From positions 180 to 64,179 of the forward strand of contig JBKJMX010000083.1 in the NCBI GenBank assembly GCA_046596135.1: a DNA stretch of 64,000 bases, given 5' to 3'. Positions 20,178 through 28,226 of the stretch are shown here, in pieces. This DNA comes from Gemmatimonadales bacterium (GTDB taxonomy: Bacteria; Gemmatimonadota; Gemmatimonadetes; Gemmatimonadales; GWC2-71-9). The notes under the pieces are model-generated. The model searched no databases, was not told the origin of the DNA, and worked only from the letters and a program-made list of their open reading frames with translations. A program made the translations under genes and the position numbers. Numbering within the stretch: position 1 is the stretch's first letter; each line of letters starts with the position of its first letter.

Positions 20178-21242
20178 ATGCGCCGCATCGCCGCCATTCT
20201 CGTGCTGGCCCTCGGGGCCGCCTGCAACGCCGAGGTGCGCGAGGTCGCGCCCATCCGCCTTGATCCGATCACCACACTCGGCAGCAACGCTGATTCCGCC
20301 GCGAACTCCACCTGGTCACGCGTGAGCCCGCTACACCCGCAGGGCTACCGGATCCTTGTCCCCCAGCCTGGCGGTGTTCCGGCCCTCCCCGCGGTATACG
20401 GCGAGGACGGCTCCTACCTCGGCGTGCTCGGCACTTCGGGCGACGGGCCGGGCGAGTTCCGCGAGCCGCTGTTTGTCCGTTTCGGTCCCGGTGATTCCCT
20501 CTATGTATTTGACGGTGCGCAACGGGTGCTCGTCTTTTCGCCGACGCGCGCGTATGCCCGGACGATCATGCTGCCGGTCACCCCGTGGGATGCGGTGGTG
20601 CTCGTCGACGGACGGATGGTTATTGCCTCGGCGACTCACGAACATGGGCTGCCGCTGCTGGTGATCGGTGCCGACGGTACAGTGATCCAGGAAATCGGCG
20701 GCTCCGACAGCGCGTCCATGGCGACCCTTTCGCCGCGCCGCATCGTGCCCGCGCCCGATGGGACGATCTGGACGATGCCGATGACCGGCAGTTGGCGGGT
20801 TGAGCACTGGGACCTGTCGGGGAAGCTGCTCGCATCGCACGACCGCGCGCCGTCGTGGTATCCCATCATCGAGGCTGCCGCCGCGTCCGATACGCCCCGC
20901 CCGTCGGTGCAGGATGCGTGGTTCGATGCGGCAGGGCGGTTGTGGGTGCTGGGCAAAGCGCTCGACGAGCAGTGGAAGAAGGGAGTCGATCGCGAGGTGG
21001 ACAGCGCCACCGACACGACGACCACGATCGATGATCCCGACAAGGTGCACGACACCATGGTCGAGGTGTTCGACGTCGCCTCGTGGAAGATGGTGGCGGA
21101 GGCGCGTTTTGATCCCTCCTATCCATTTGCCGTTGAGCCAGGCATCGTGATGCGGGTGCGGGTCGAGAACGGTGGCCGACGGCGCGCCGAGCTCGCGCGA
21201 CTGGTGCTTGACACGACGCGCCTGGGCGCGGCAGCACCGTGA
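20178..21242 (+). CDS. Hypothetical lipoprotein, probable beta-propeller fold
   Basis: Lipoprotein signal MRRIAAILVLALGAAC, followed by repeated GxGPGEF / DG..W strand-like segments. No specific family recognised. Confidence 0.6.
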   Translation: MRRIAAILVLALGAACNAEVREVAPIRLDPITTLGSNADSAANSTWSRVSPLHPQGYRILVPQPGGVPALPAVYGEDGSYLGVLGTSGDGPGEFREPLFVRFGPGDSLYVFDGAQRVLVFSPTRAYARTIMLPVTPWDAVVLVDGRMVIASATHEHGLPLLVIGADGTVIQEIGGSDSASMATLSPRRIVPAPDGTIWTMPMTGSWRVEHWDLSGKLLASHDRAPSWYPIIEAAAASDTPRPSVQDAWFDAAGRLWVLGKALDEQWKKGVDREVDSATDTTTTIDDPDKVHDTMVEVFDVASWKMVAEARFDPSYPFAVEPGIVMRVRVENGGRRRAELARLVLDTTRLGAAAP

Positions 21243-21266
21243 GGCCCTCCAACGCCGGGGAGTGAC

Positions 21267-21743
21267 GTGACCACGGAGCGGGGCGGGATCGAGCACCTGC
21301 GACGGATCGCGCGCGTATGGGATGATCTCGTCCCGTTGCCGGTGATCGGCCGGCGTGTCGGTCTCGACGCCATCATCGGATTGATCCCCGGTGTGGGCGA
21401 TCTCGCAGGTGGCGCGCTTGGCATTTACGGGATGCTGATTGCCGCGCGCCTCAGGGTGTCCCCGGTGGTGCTGTTGCGGATGTTGCTGAACATCGGTGTA
21501 GACACCATCATCGGCATCGTTCCGCTGCTGGGCGACCTCTTCGACTTGGGGTGGAAGTCGAACACCAGGAACTTGGCGCTGGTGGAGCAATGGGTCGACG
21601 ACCCGGCCCGGGTGCGACGCTCGAGCGTCGGGGTGCTCGTTGCGACCGGCGTGGGCGTGCTGGCGCTGGCGGGATTCGTGATCTGGGCAGCGGTGCGGGT
21701 GATCGCCTGGATGCTGTCGAACGTGCCAGCCACCTGGTTGTGA
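21267..21743 (+). CDS. DUF4112 domain-containing membrane protein
   Basis: GLDAIIGLIPGVGDLAGG ... DTIIGIVPLLGDLFDLGWKSNTRN is the duplicated DUF4112 signature. GTG start. Confidence 0.78.
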   Translation: MTTERGGIEHLRRIARVWDDLVPLPVIGRRVGLDAIIGLIPGVGDLAGGALGIYGMLIAARLRVSPVVLLRMLLNIGVDTIIGIVPLLGDLFDLGWKSNTRNLALVEQWVDDPARVRRSSVGVLVATGVGVLALAGFVIWAAVRVIAWMLSNVPATWL

Positions 21744-21904
21744 GGATCGGCGTGGCTTGTTCGTCCACGCCAGCAATGTCGGGAGGAGAGCGAGCGGCCT
21801 CTCCGCGTTCCCGGCGGATCGACCGGAGTCAATCCGGCGCAGGGGCAGGGGCCCGGCTCGGCCGGGTACGGTAGCGGGATCACACTTTTGGACAGGAGCG
21901 TACC

Positions 21905-22138
21905 GTGGGCATCATCTGGACCATTCTCATCGGTTTCATCATCGGCGTCGTGGCCAAGTTCCTCATGCCCGGCAAGGATCCAGGCGGCTTCATCATCACC
22001 ACCGTGCTGGGCATCGCCGGTTCATTCGTCGGTGCCTTCCTGGCCCGGGCCCTGGGTCTCGCGCCGTCGGTCGGGTTCATCGGTTCGGTGATCGGTGCGA
22101 TGATCCTGCTCTTCATCTACCGGGCGATGAATCGGTAG
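21905..22138 (+). CDS. GlsB/YeaQ/YmgE family stress-response membrane protein
   Basis: 77 aa. The sequence MGIIWTILIGFIIGVVAKFLMPGKDPGGFIITTVLGIAGSFVG is a textbook member of this transglycosylase-associated family. Confidence 0.9.
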   Translation: MGIIWTILIGFIIGVVAKFLMPGKDPGGFIITTVLGIAGSFVGAFLARALGLAPSVGFIGSVIGAMILLFIYRAMNR

Positions 22139-22272
22139 CAGCCTGCTGACCGGTCCGTGCCTCTTCGGCCGGATCTTCTACCGTCGCGCCGTCAGCCTCC
22201 GGGCTGGCGGCGCGCGGTCGTTGCTGCGACGGTGGTGAATAGATTGCGGGACAGCTTCACCCTGGGGGCACC

Positions 22273-22647
22273 ATGATGTTTGCCGTCGCAGCGCTCGCGT
22301 TCGCCCTGTCGCTGCCGCAAGACACCATCGGCCAACCGACGGTCATCGTCGTGCGCCACGCCGAGAAGGCGTCGCAGACCGAACGCGATCCGACGCTCAG
22401 TGCGGCGGGCATCATCCGCGCCGAGGCGCTCGACAGCGTGGTGCTCGTTGTGGGACACAGCAACACGGTCCTTCCCATCATTCGGGCGCTGGGTGGACCA
22501 ACCCTTCTCGACCTCTGCGATAGCAGCTACGCGCAACTCTTCTCGGTGACGATCGCCGCCGATGGCAGCGGGCGGTTGGTCCGGAGCCAGTACGGCGCGC
22601 CTGATCCGGTGGGTCCGACCTATTGTGCGGAGCTCCCGCGGCGGTGA
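22273..22647 (+). CDS. Histidine phosphatase (SixA/PGAM-like) family protein, abnormally short, probably with an internal in-frame deletion
   Basis: Signal-like N-terminus. RHAEK (the RHG motif) is followed only about 35 aa later by VVGHSNTV, the second catalytic His. Confidence 0.55.
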   Translation: MMFAVAALAFALSLPQDTIGQPTVIVVRHAEKASQTERDPTLSAAGIIRAEALDSVVLVVGHSNTVLPIIRALGGPTLLDLCDSSYAQLFSVTIAADGSGRLVRSQYGAPDPVGPTYCAELPRR

Positions 22648-22673
22648 GGACGGTGCGCGGGGGCGCGGGCGCG

Positions 22674-23417
22674 ATGGTGCTGGAGGAGCACGGGCACGGG
22701 GGGATCCCGCTCGTCCTCGTGCATGGCATGGCAGGCGACATCGGCTTCTGGCGCTCGACGGTTGCCGCGCTCGACACGCGGTGTCGGGTGATCATCCCAG
22801 AATTGCGGGGACACGGGCGCTCGGCGCTTCCCGCCGACGGTGACCACGACATCGCCTCGCATGCGGCCGACCTGCTGGGTGTCCTCGACCAGCTCGATGT
22901 CGAACGGTGCATCGTGGTCGGGCACTCCTTCGGCGCGAGCATCGCGATCGAGATGGCTCGCATGGCACCGTCCCGGGTGGCTGGGTTGGTGGTGATTGAT
23001 GGAGCGGGTGATTATACCGGACTGCCGACCGGGGTACTCGACGCATTCCGGGCCAGTCTCGACAGCGACGACCACTTCCTCGAGACGGTGGATGGGGCGA
23101 TCGACGTGGCGCTTGCTGGCGCGCAAACGGCCACGGAGCTGACGGTTCGCGCGGCGATTCTTGCCGCTCCGCGCCCGATGGTGCGATTGATCTATCATGC
23201 GCTTCTGGCGTATCGACCCGCGCTTGCGTTGGCTGCGTATCCCGGGCCGGTGCTGTTGGTCACCTCGCCATCCAACGCTGCCGACTTCGCCCTGCAGGCG
23301 CTCCTCCCCGACCTCGCGCACCATGCGATACCGGGCGTGTCGCACTGGATCATGATGGACGCGCCCGACGAGACCGCTCGCATCATCGACACCTTCCTGC
23401 TGTCGATACCGTCCTGA
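22674..23417 (+). CDS. Alpha/beta hydrolase fold protein
   Basis: HG oxyanion motif LVLVHGMAGD, nucleophile elbow VGHSFG and C-terminal His in GVSHWIMMD. Confidence 0.85.
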   Translation: MVLEEHGHGGIPLVLVHGMAGDIGFWRSTVAALDTRCRVIIPELRGHGRSALPADGDHDIASHAADLLGVLDQLDVERCIVVGHSFGASIAIEMARMAPSRVAGLVVIDGAGDYTGLPTGVLDAFRASLDSDDHFLETVDGAIDVALAGAQTATELTVRAAILAAPRPMVRLIYHALLAYRPALALAAYPGPVLLVTSPSNAADFALQALLPDLAHHAIPGVSHWIMMDAPDETARIIDTFLLSIPS

Positions 23418-23480
23418 TATTGCGTGCCACCGCCGGATCCATTCGATTCCGGGCCGACCAGACTGACACCGGAGACCACC

Positions 23481-23813
23481 ATGCGGGATGAATTCGCGCT
23501 GATGATGATGGCACTGATGTGGGCCGCGTTCGCTACCGGGATGTGGGTCCACAACTCGCGGATCCGGCGACGGCTGCAGGATCGACTCTGGGGGATGGCG
23601 GCCGCGCAGGGAGTCCACCCGGCGAGCTTCACCGACGATGCCCCGATCGTCCACCGCAATGGCGGTGACGGCCGGGTCCAGCAGCTCGAGTCTCAGGTCG
23701 ACCAGATGGCCCAGCAAATCGACCGGATCGTCGAGTCGCAAGAGTTTCTGTCGAGGGTACTGACCGATCGGATCGACCAGATCCCGGATCCGAGGCTGCG
23801 CACGCCGCATTGA
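23481..23813 (+). CDS. Hypothetical small membrane-anchored protein with a coiled-coil tail
   Basis: One N-terminal TM (FALMMMALMWAAFATGMWV), then a QQLESQVDQMAQQIDRIVESQEF heptad-like segment. Confidence 0.45.
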   Translation: MRDEFALMMMALMWAAFATGMWVHNSRIRRRLQDRLWGMAAAQGVHPASFTDDAPIVHRNGGDGRVQQLESQVDQMAQQIDRIVESQEFLSRVLTDRIDQIPDPRLRTPH

Positions 23814-23824
23814 CGGAATGCGTC

Positions 23825-24185
23825 CGCCAGATGCACGGACCGGGTTCGGTGCCGGCGGGCTCGATCGGAGACTCCACCCTCGTCGGCTCCAACTCGCGGC
23901 CCTCGCGTCGCGCGGGGCCGCTCAGACAGTCGAGCCTCCTCTGGTGAACCCTCCGCCTCTCGCCCGCATGCACCGACTTGGTGCGCTTTGAGGCTGCAAG
24001 TCGTCAGTCGTCAGTTGTGACCGTGAATGCGGCGAGGTACGGGGGGTTCGTCAGAGGAGGCTCGGATCATCCCGGTGCCGAATGGGCGGGCTTCCGAGCC
24101 GACGGTTGTCGAATCCCGCGACCGAGCCGCGTGACGGACCCCTGTCGGGCGCCGTTCTCCGTTCTCCGTTCTCCGTTACCTTCCG
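23825..24185 (-). repeat. Composite intergenic mosaic repeat, copy D (inverted relative to copies A and B; approximate bounds)
   Basis: Unit B reverse-complemented (23875-23946); GTCGTCA x2 plus GTTGTGA (23999-24019); unit A forward (about 24050-24110); CCGCGTGACGGAC; then GTTCTCC x3 (24153-24175). Confidence 0.85.
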
Positions 24186-24209
24186 TCACAACCCTCTCAA
24201 GGCCCTGCC

Positions 24210-24761
24210 ATGTACTCTCGTCGCGACGTGCTCCGTCTGCTCGGGGGCGTCTGTGCAATCGGTGCGCTGACGCCGGACCAGCTCCTGGCCGTGAGCCGCC
24301 GGACCCACCGCGAGCTCGCCCGGGGCGGGCCCCCGCTCGGCTTCTTTGACATGCACCAGATGCACACCGTCGCCGCGGCGTGCGACCGGATCATTCCCGA
24401 CACCGAGACGCCCGGAGCGATGGTGGCAGAGTGCCATCGCTTCGCCGAGCGGATCGTGGCGGATCACTATCCGGTGGTGCGGCAGCGGCGCTTTCTCGAC
24501 GGGCTGGTCGATCTCGACGTGCGCAGCGGGCGCACCGTGCAGCATCTCTTCATTGATGGAAGCACCATCGAGCAGGACGCGATCCTCACTGCCGTCGAGC
24601 GCGACTCGACCGGTGTGAGTGGCGGGACGTTCTGGCGTGACCTCAAGGAGCTCACCCTGATCGGCTATTACACCTCGCGCATCGGGATCGAGGACGAACT
24701 CGAGATCGACTTCTTTCCGGGTCGGTTCGATGGGTGCGCCCCAATCAAGGGGGTACGCTGA
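24210..24761 (+). CDS. Gluconate 2-dehydrogenase subunit 3 family protein (small Tat-signal subunit of a GMC dehydrogenase complex)
   Basis: Twin-arginine signal MYSRRDVLRLLGGVCAIGAL. Size and position directly upstream of the GMC oxidoreductase, with a TGATG overlap. Confidence 0.78.
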   Translation: MYSRRDVLRLLGGVCAIGALTPDQLLAVSRRTHRELARGGPPLGFFDMHQMHTVAAACDRIIPDTETPGAMVAECHRFAERIVADHYPVVRQRRFLDGLVDLDVRSGRTVQHLFIDGSTIEQDAILTAVERDSTGVSGGTFWRDLKELTLIGYYTSRIGIEDELEIDFFPGRFDGCAPIKGVR

Positions 24762-26458
24762 TGGCGCGGGACACGTGGGACGCCATTGTGATTGGCAGCG
24801 GCATCACCGGCGGCATGGCCGCGAAGGAATTGAGCGAACGCGGGCTACGCGTGCTCATCCTTGAGGCTGGGCGGCCGATCGATCCCGCGCGTGACTACCT
24901 GATGAATGCACCCGCGTTCGAGTTCGACTATCGCTATCTCGGCGACCAGCGCGCCCTCACTGCGCGCCAGCCGGTGCAGCGCAAGTGCTACGCGTGTGAC
25001 GAGGGCGCGACGCAGTTCTTTGTCGATGACGTCGACAACCCGTACACCACGCCAGAGGGCCGTCCGTTCGACTGGATCCGCGGGCGACAGATGGGTGGCA
25101 AGTCGATCATGTGGGGGCGGCAGTGCTATCGGTGGAGCGACCTCGACTTCACCGCCAATCAGCGCGATGGCAACGGCGTCGACTGGCCGATCCGGTACAA
25201 GGACATCGCACCGTGGTACGACCGCGTCGAGGCCTACGCCGGGATCTCGGGCGAAAAGCTCGGCCTCTCGCAGCTTCCCGACGGGCCGTTCCTCCCGCCG
25301 ATGCCGATGACATGTTCGGAAGAGTTTGTCCGCGACGGCATAGCCCGTCACTACGGCGGTCGCCGGGTGCTGACCATGGGGCGCGTCGCCAACCTCACGG
25401 TGGCGCACAACGGTCGCGCTGCGTGCCACTACTGTGGCGACTGTCACCGTGGCTGTACCACGGCAGCATACTTCAACTCGGTGCAGACCACACTGCTTGA
25501 TGCGGTGTCGACGGGTCGGTGCACCATCCGGCCGTTTTCGGTGGTGCATTCGGTGACGTGGAACGATGCCGCCGGCAAGGTGACCGGCGTGCGAGTGATC
25601 GACGGCCAGACGATGCAGCCGATTGACTACGATGCGCGAATCGTCTTCGTCTGCGCGTCGGCGCTCGAGTCGACCCGAATCCTGCTCAATTCCCGCAGCC
25701 GGTCGCATCCGGAGGGACTCGGTGGCAACAGCGGCGTGCTCGGCCGATACCTGATGGACCACACCATGCAAGCGGGTGCTCGCGGCGTGGTGCCCGGCTT
25801 CGAGGATCGTCGTACCACCGGTTCGCGCCCCAACGGCGTCTACCTGCCGCGTTTTCGCAACGTCACCGACCAGGAGCCGAACTTCCTGCGCGGATATGCG
25901 TATCAAGGAGGAGGGTATCGCAGCGTCGAGGGTTGGCGCCGCGGTGTCTCCAAGGTCGGGTTCGGCGCCGACTTCAAGCGCGACCTCCGCACTCCCGTCT
26001 ACGGTTCGTGGCGGATGTCACTGGGCGGCTTCGGTGAGTGTCTCCCCCATGCGGACAACCGGGTGACGCTGCATGCGGACAAGGTCGATCGCTGGGGCGT
26101 GCCGGTGCTGCATATCGATGCGCGCTGGCGCGACAACGAGAAGGCGATGATGAAGGACGCCCAGTTGGCGGCCGCCGAGATGCTCGAGGCGTCGGGGTGC
26201 ACCGACGTGAGCACGTACGACAACCAGACACCGCCGGGACTCACGATCCACGAGATGGGCACCGCCCGGATGGGGAAGGACAGGAAGACCTCGGTGCTCA
26301 ACCGCTGGAACCAGGTGTGGGACGCGAAGAACGTCTTTGTCACCGATGGTGCGTGCATGGCCTCGTCGGCATGCCAGAATCCGTCGATCACCTATATGGC
26401 ACTGACCGCGCGCGCCGCCGACTATGCGGTGCAGGCGCTGAAACGCAAGGAGCTCTGA
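24761..26458 (+). CDS. GMC family FAD-dependent oxidoreductase (large subunit)
   Basis: FAD fold DAIVIGSGITGGMAAKELSERGLRVLILEAG and the C-terminal GMC motif HEMGTARMG...NVFVTDGA. It has no signal peptide of its own. Confidence 0.9.
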   Translation: MARDTWDAIVIGSGITGGMAAKELSERGLRVLILEAGRPIDPARDYLMNAPAFEFDYRYLGDQRALTARQPVQRKCYACDEGATQFFVDDVDNPYTTPEGRPFDWIRGRQMGGKSIMWGRQCYRWSDLDFTANQRDGNGVDWPIRYKDIAPWYDRVEAYAGISGEKLGLSQLPDGPFLPPMPMTCSEEFVRDGIARHYGGRRVLTMGRVANLTVAHNGRAACHYCGDCHRGCTTAAYFNSVQTTLLDAVSTGRCTIRPFSVVHSVTWNDAAGKVTGVRVIDGQTMQPIDYDARIVFVCASALESTRILLNSRSRSHPEGLGGNSGVLGRYLMDHTMQAGARGVVPGFEDRRTTGSRPNGVYLPRFRNVTDQEPNFLRGYAYQGGGYRSVEGWRRGVSKVGFGADFKRDLRTPVYGSWRMSLGGFGECLPHADNRVTLHADKVDRWGVPVLHIDARWRDNEKAMMKDAQLAAAEMLEASGCTDVSTYDNQTPPGLTIHEMGTARMGKDRKTSVLNRWNQVWDAKNVFVTDGACMASSACQNPSITYMALTARAADYAVQALKRKEL

Positions 26459-27288
26459 TGGATCGACGCACATTCGTGGGAACGATGGGAGCAGTGGCAG
26501 CGTCGGCAACGATGCCCTCGACGCTGCTCGCCGATGAGAAGATCGACAAGATCGGGCTGCAGCTCTACACGGTGCGCGACCAGATGAAGATCAGTGTCGA
26601 GCGCACCCTCGCCGATGTGGCTCGCATCGGGTACCGCGAGGTGGAGTTCGCCGGATACTTCAACCGACCCCCGCGCGCCCTCAAGCAGCTCCTCAAGCGC
26701 AACGGACTCTCTGCCCCGGCGGCGCACGTCGGGATCGACGCGGTCCGCGGCCCGTGGAACCGGACGCTCGCCGAGGCGAACGAGGTTGGTCACAAGTGGT
26801 TGCTGGTGGCGTGGCTCGCCGAATCGGATCGCGACTCCGTCGATGCGGTGCGACGGACCGCCGACCTCTTCAACAAGGCGGGTGAGGACGCGAAGCGGTC
26901 GGGGATGCGGTTTGCCTATCACAATCATGACTTCGAGTTCAAGGAACTCGACGGGCGTCCGATGCTCGACCTGCTGCTCGAGCACACCGACCCGAAATAC
27001 GTCGACTTCGAGATGGACCTCTACTGGACGGTGAAGGGTGGCGCTGATCCGCTCGATTATTTTGCGCGGTATCCGGAGCGGTTCCCGTTGGTCCATGTAA
27101 AGGACGGCGGCCCGCCACCGGAACACAAGATGACCGAGGTCGGGAAGGGCGTGATCGATTTCAAGCGAATCTTCGCGGCGCGAAAGGTGGCTGGCATCAA
27201 GCATTACTTTGTGGAGCACGACAATCCGGCGGATTCGCTCACCAGTGTCGCGACGTCGTACCGCTACCTCAAGGCGCTGAGGTTCTGA
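26458..27288 (+). CDS. Sugar phosphate isomerase/epimerase (xylose isomerase-like TIM barrel), Tat-exported
   Basis: Tat signal MDRRTFVGTMGAVAASA, then IGLQLYTVRD, YHNHDFEF and DLYW motifs of the AP_endonuc_2/XylA-like TIM-barrel family. Start at 26458 (TGATG overlap). The ORF-track start at 26038 overlaps the GMC gene. Confidence 0.85.
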   Translation: MDRRTFVGTMGAVAASATMPSTLLADEKIDKIGLQLYTVRDQMKISVERTLADVARIGYREVEFAGYFNRPPRALKQLLKRNGLSAPAAHVGIDAVRGPWNRTLAEANEVGHKWLLVAWLAESDRDSVDAVRRTADLFNKAGEDAKRSGMRFAYHNHDFEFKELDGRPMLDLLLEHTDPKYVDFEMDLYWTVKGGADPLDYFARYPERFPLVHVKDGGPPPEHKMTEVGKGVIDFKRIFAARKVAGIKHYFVEHDNPADSLTSVATSYRYLKALRF

Positions 27289-27334
27289 CTACGGCCACAA
27301 GTCCAACAGTTTTCCCGACAATGGTGAGGGACTC

Positions 27335-28186
27335 ATGAAACGTCGTTCATTTATTGCATCGACGGCGGTCACCCTCGGCGTGGTCGGTTCAATCCCATTG
27401 GCTGCGGCGGTTCCTCGTCGGCTGGGGCGGCTCCGGCAGTCGGTCTGTCGGTGGCCGTTCGCGAACATTCCTTACGACGATTTCTGCGAGATGGTCAAGC
27501 GGGTCGGACTCGGCGCCATCGACCTCGTCGACCGTCGCGACTGGGCGCTGGTGCAGCGGCACGGGCTCGCCATCAGCACGGCCAACTCCAGCGGCCGTCG
27601 CGACTTCATCTCACGCGGTCTCAACGACCGCGCCAACCATCCGATGATCCTGGCTGAACTCGAGGCCGTTATTCCTGCGGCGGCTGAGGCGAAAATTCCG
27701 AACGTCATCGCGATGTTCGGCAATCGCGGCACGATCACCATGGACGATGGTATTGCCGCATGTGCTGAGGGGCTGGCGAAGATCGCGCCGCTTGCCGAAC
27801 GTCAGGGGGTCACGGTGATCCTGGAGATGCTCAACAGCAAGGTGGATCACCGCGATTTCCAGGGCGACACGTCGGCGTTCGGCATTGCGGTGGCCGAGCG
27901 GGTGGATTCACCCAGCGTGAGGCTGCTGTACGACATCTACCACATGCAGATCAGCGAGGGTGACATCATCCGGACGATTCGGAAGCACGGGAAGTGGTTC
28001 GCGCACTATCACACGGCGGGCAACCCTGGGCGGCGCGAGATCGGCGCCGATCAGGAACTCAACTACTCGGCGATTGCCGCCGCGATCGCGGACACGGGGT
28101 TCACGGGCTGGCTTGCGCACGAGTTCTCGCCGCGCGGTGATGCCATGGCGGCGCTCACTGAAGCGCGCGATCGCTGCGATGTCTAG
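27335..28186 (+). CDS. Hydroxypyruvate isomerase-family TIM-barrel protein, Tat-exported
   Basis: Tat-like signal MKRRSFIASTAVTLG, plus the VILEMLN, LLYDIYHMQ and GWLAHEF motifs typical of the Hyi/xylose-isomerase-like family. Confidence 0.82.
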   Translation: MKRRSFIASTAVTLGVVGSIPLAAAVPRRLGRLRQSVCRWPFANIPYDDFCEMVKRVGLGAIDLVDRRDWALVQRHGLAISTANSSGRRDFISRGLNDRANHPMILAELEAVIPAAAEAKIPNVIAMFGNRGTITMDDGIAACAEGLAKIAPLAERQGVTVILEMLNSKVDHRDFQGDTSAFGIAVAERVDSPSVRLLYDIYHMQISEGDIIRTIRKHGKWFAHYHTAGNPGRREIGADQELNYSAIAAAIADTGFTGWLAHEFSPRGDAMAALTEARDRCDV

Positions 28187-28226
28187 CCCGCTTGCCCGCT
28201 CCGACGGCCCGACCCAGCATCCACTG

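Noticed and set aside
26038-26457. The 5' extension of the TIM-barrel ORF (ORF track 26038-27288), and similarly 27960-28226 for the GH20 fusion, 16317-16439, 20004-20177, 33850-34044, 59019-59132 and 61352-61498.
   Set aside because: The extensions overlap the preceding gene or a spacer and are low-complexity. Each is followed by an internal Met that starts a clean signal peptide or a conserved N-terminus, often with an RBS or a stop-start overlap.
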